Source of the DNA: Marsupella aquatica | Taxonomy: Eukaryota; Plantae; Marchantiophyta | Assembly: GCA_973895155.1 (NCBI GenBank) | Contig: OZ316893.1 | Span: forward strand, 3,888,490 to 3,952,489 | DNA: 64,000 bases | Direction of reading: 5' to 3' | Shown: positions 61,862 through 64,000 of the stretch, piece after piece | Numbering within the stretch: the first letter of the stretch is position 1 | How the letters are laid out: each line of letters opens with the position of its first letter | Position numbers and translations under genes: made by a program | Notes under the pieces: generated by a model | What the model was told of the DNA's origin: nothing | The model's input: only the letters and a program-made list of their open reading frames with translations | Database searches by the model: none

Positions 61862-64000
61862 CAGGATGTACTAACCTGGAGACTTACTTCAGCATAATTT
61901 GTTTGACATCTCACTTGATTGGGCCCTCTTACTAATTAAGGGGAATCTCAGATATCGAGAATGAGCTACAGTATACCCTTTCCAGCACCAATGCCTTACT
62001 AAGATGAGCTGGATGGCCCCCGTGAACTTGTAATTATAAGAGGGTCATAATCACAAACCGGTCTTTGACCCTAGATGTAGAGGCCCTACAATCCAGGAGG
62101 CTCTTTAACGGTATGGCACTTCTGCATGCAACGAACCCGATTGGAACATTCAAACCTGGATTGGAAATTCGTTGAAATGTGGTCTTGTCGACGCCGTCTC
62201 ACTGTTCCCATTTGCCCAGTGCAAATCCTGCTGCGAACATCCCCCGTGGAAAGAAAAGAATCAAGGAAACAGTCAGACTGAGGGTGCATACCTAGCCTGG
62301 CTGCTGACAAACTGCGACTCATGAAATAATCATGGACGAGCTTGACTGAGAATCTGGACGTGAATCAACAATGCTTTGCTGTCACCCGTTTACAATATAT
62401 TCTACATACAGACATGCCAGTCTACACGTATACATGAATTACAAGGATATAGTCTATCAAGCATTCGCAGACATTGGCAGCTTCCTAGCCTGGGTGCATT
62501 CGTGCGGAGTTTGGTTCAAATGAAGCTGTATAAATTAATCTTTCTTTGGTTTTTTACTCTTAGAGCATACCAAATTCGTACTGTCTCAGAGAATACCAAA
62601 TTCGTGACATATTTCTTTGGAATTGAGGATAGCCGACATGAGTGAATGATGTACCGGGGCTAGCCTGTCTGCCAACCAATAGCGCATTTTCTCCAGGCTC
62701 ATGAGGAGTCCAGAGTCAATCACCAATATATATATGTACATCTTACTCAGTTCACCTTCTCTACTCCGTTCCTGAACTTCAAACGAATACTTTGTGTGAC
62801 CATCGAGCACACACGCATTCCGGTGGTTTCACCTTGAATTCTCTTTCTCTGTCCTTGTTTTTTTCGTAAGCTGCACTTCACTTTTGGCTATGGACCTGCG
62901 CGTTCTTCTTCGCTCTGCTGCATTGGTCAGAATCAATCTCCTGGGATTCACCTTTTCGCCTTTCGGTACGTCCGGGAGAGGTATGAAATGCCGTCATGTT
63001 ATTTCGACTTACAGTTTCCAACAATCTGGAGTTCAATCTTTGTGTTAGACAGTGTCAGTGAGCGTCACAAGTGCGACATCAGCAGAAGGTGCACTAGACT
63101 GCATGGTGGCAAATGCTGAACTCCAGACATATCAGGAATTCAGTGACGTTGACAATTTAGGCCACTTGAGATATTTAAACCAAGAGCCTTTCATTCGTGC
63201 AAACCTCTGTTTCTCCCCTCTCGTAACTTCGATTTTGTGGCCCCAAGTGAGAGGTCTTTAATTATCAATTCTCATCAGAGAAGAGTTGTTTTGCGTACAG
63301 GAAGTGTAAATCGTGTTCATGTCTCAAACCTCATGCGATGGATTTAAAGCTGTTCTGCAATAGAGTGATTACGTTGTCTGAAGTAGTACGTTCTCTTTTT
63401 TGCCACTCTGTCAGCTAGCCGTCGTCACTCCTATGAGAACAGTTGTTTATGGATCACACTGCATCTTGCGCAAAGCAGTTAAGCTCATCAAGATTTTGGA
63501 TTTAAGAAGTTACATAAATTGCAATCGTACACGCGCGGCTGCTTTACTAACCTCTTCCTGTCTTGAGTGTAGGTGATCTGAACAAGGACTTGGCCTCCAA
63601 AAACTCGCCGTCTATCGCACTTCTGATGTCGCCGCCCGGTAGAGGTAAATTTTGCACTAAAAGCGATAAACTTCGTTCGTTAGCAGCAACAACAGGTCTA
63701 GTCTCCAAGTGATCAATTTTAGCTACTTAATGGAGATGCATGTGCACGGACAACACATTGTAGGGACTCATACAACCTAGATTCTACCTGTAGCTTGAAT
63801 CAGCAAGCAAGTCTAGCAAGCAAGTCTAGCCGAAGGATCTGTACACACGTCATAGCACAGGGCCTTGGAAACGTCTGAACTTATCAACATTAGTTACGTA
63901 CGGACTGTTACAGTGATAGTATAAGCAGTGTATAAAAGTGGAATCCCGCAGTCCGGTGCTTTGAGCTTATAAGATGATATGGTTCGCATTTAGTTTGTCC

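Noticed and set aside
62000-64000. Possible gene at the right edge
   Set aside because: The sequence looks unique but has only short ORFs without motifs, so a call cannot be supported.

Overview
This is eukaryotic land-plant genomic DNA, probably a bryophyte such as a liverwort (inferred from a Ure2p-class GST and CRE-type retroelements; the species cannot be determined from the window). Four host genes are supported: the 5' end of a Ure2p/YfcG-like glutathione S-transferase (minus strand, runs off the left edge), an intronless DUF3110-like putative plastid protein (8766-9728), a complete ~25-exon PDR/full-size ABCG transporter (12261-23445, minus) with an atypical NBD1 Walker A (GPPQSGRTT), and an intronless SSSCA1/ZNRD2 zinc-ribbon gene (54215-55084, minus). 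The rest is rich in transposable elements. A nested block at ~24.9-39.7 kb holds a truncated minus-strand Copia abutting a CACTA remnant, which contains a full-length Copia, which in turn contains a 2.4-kb solo LTR. The window also has at least three copies of a CRE-clade non-LTR retrotransposon with a restriction-like endonuclease, two copies of a tRNA-derived SINE, a Tc1/mariner-type MITE, further solo LTRs and many short tandem duplications. No CRISPR array, rRNA gene or true tRNA gene was found. All family assignments come from motif recognition by eye; no database search was run.
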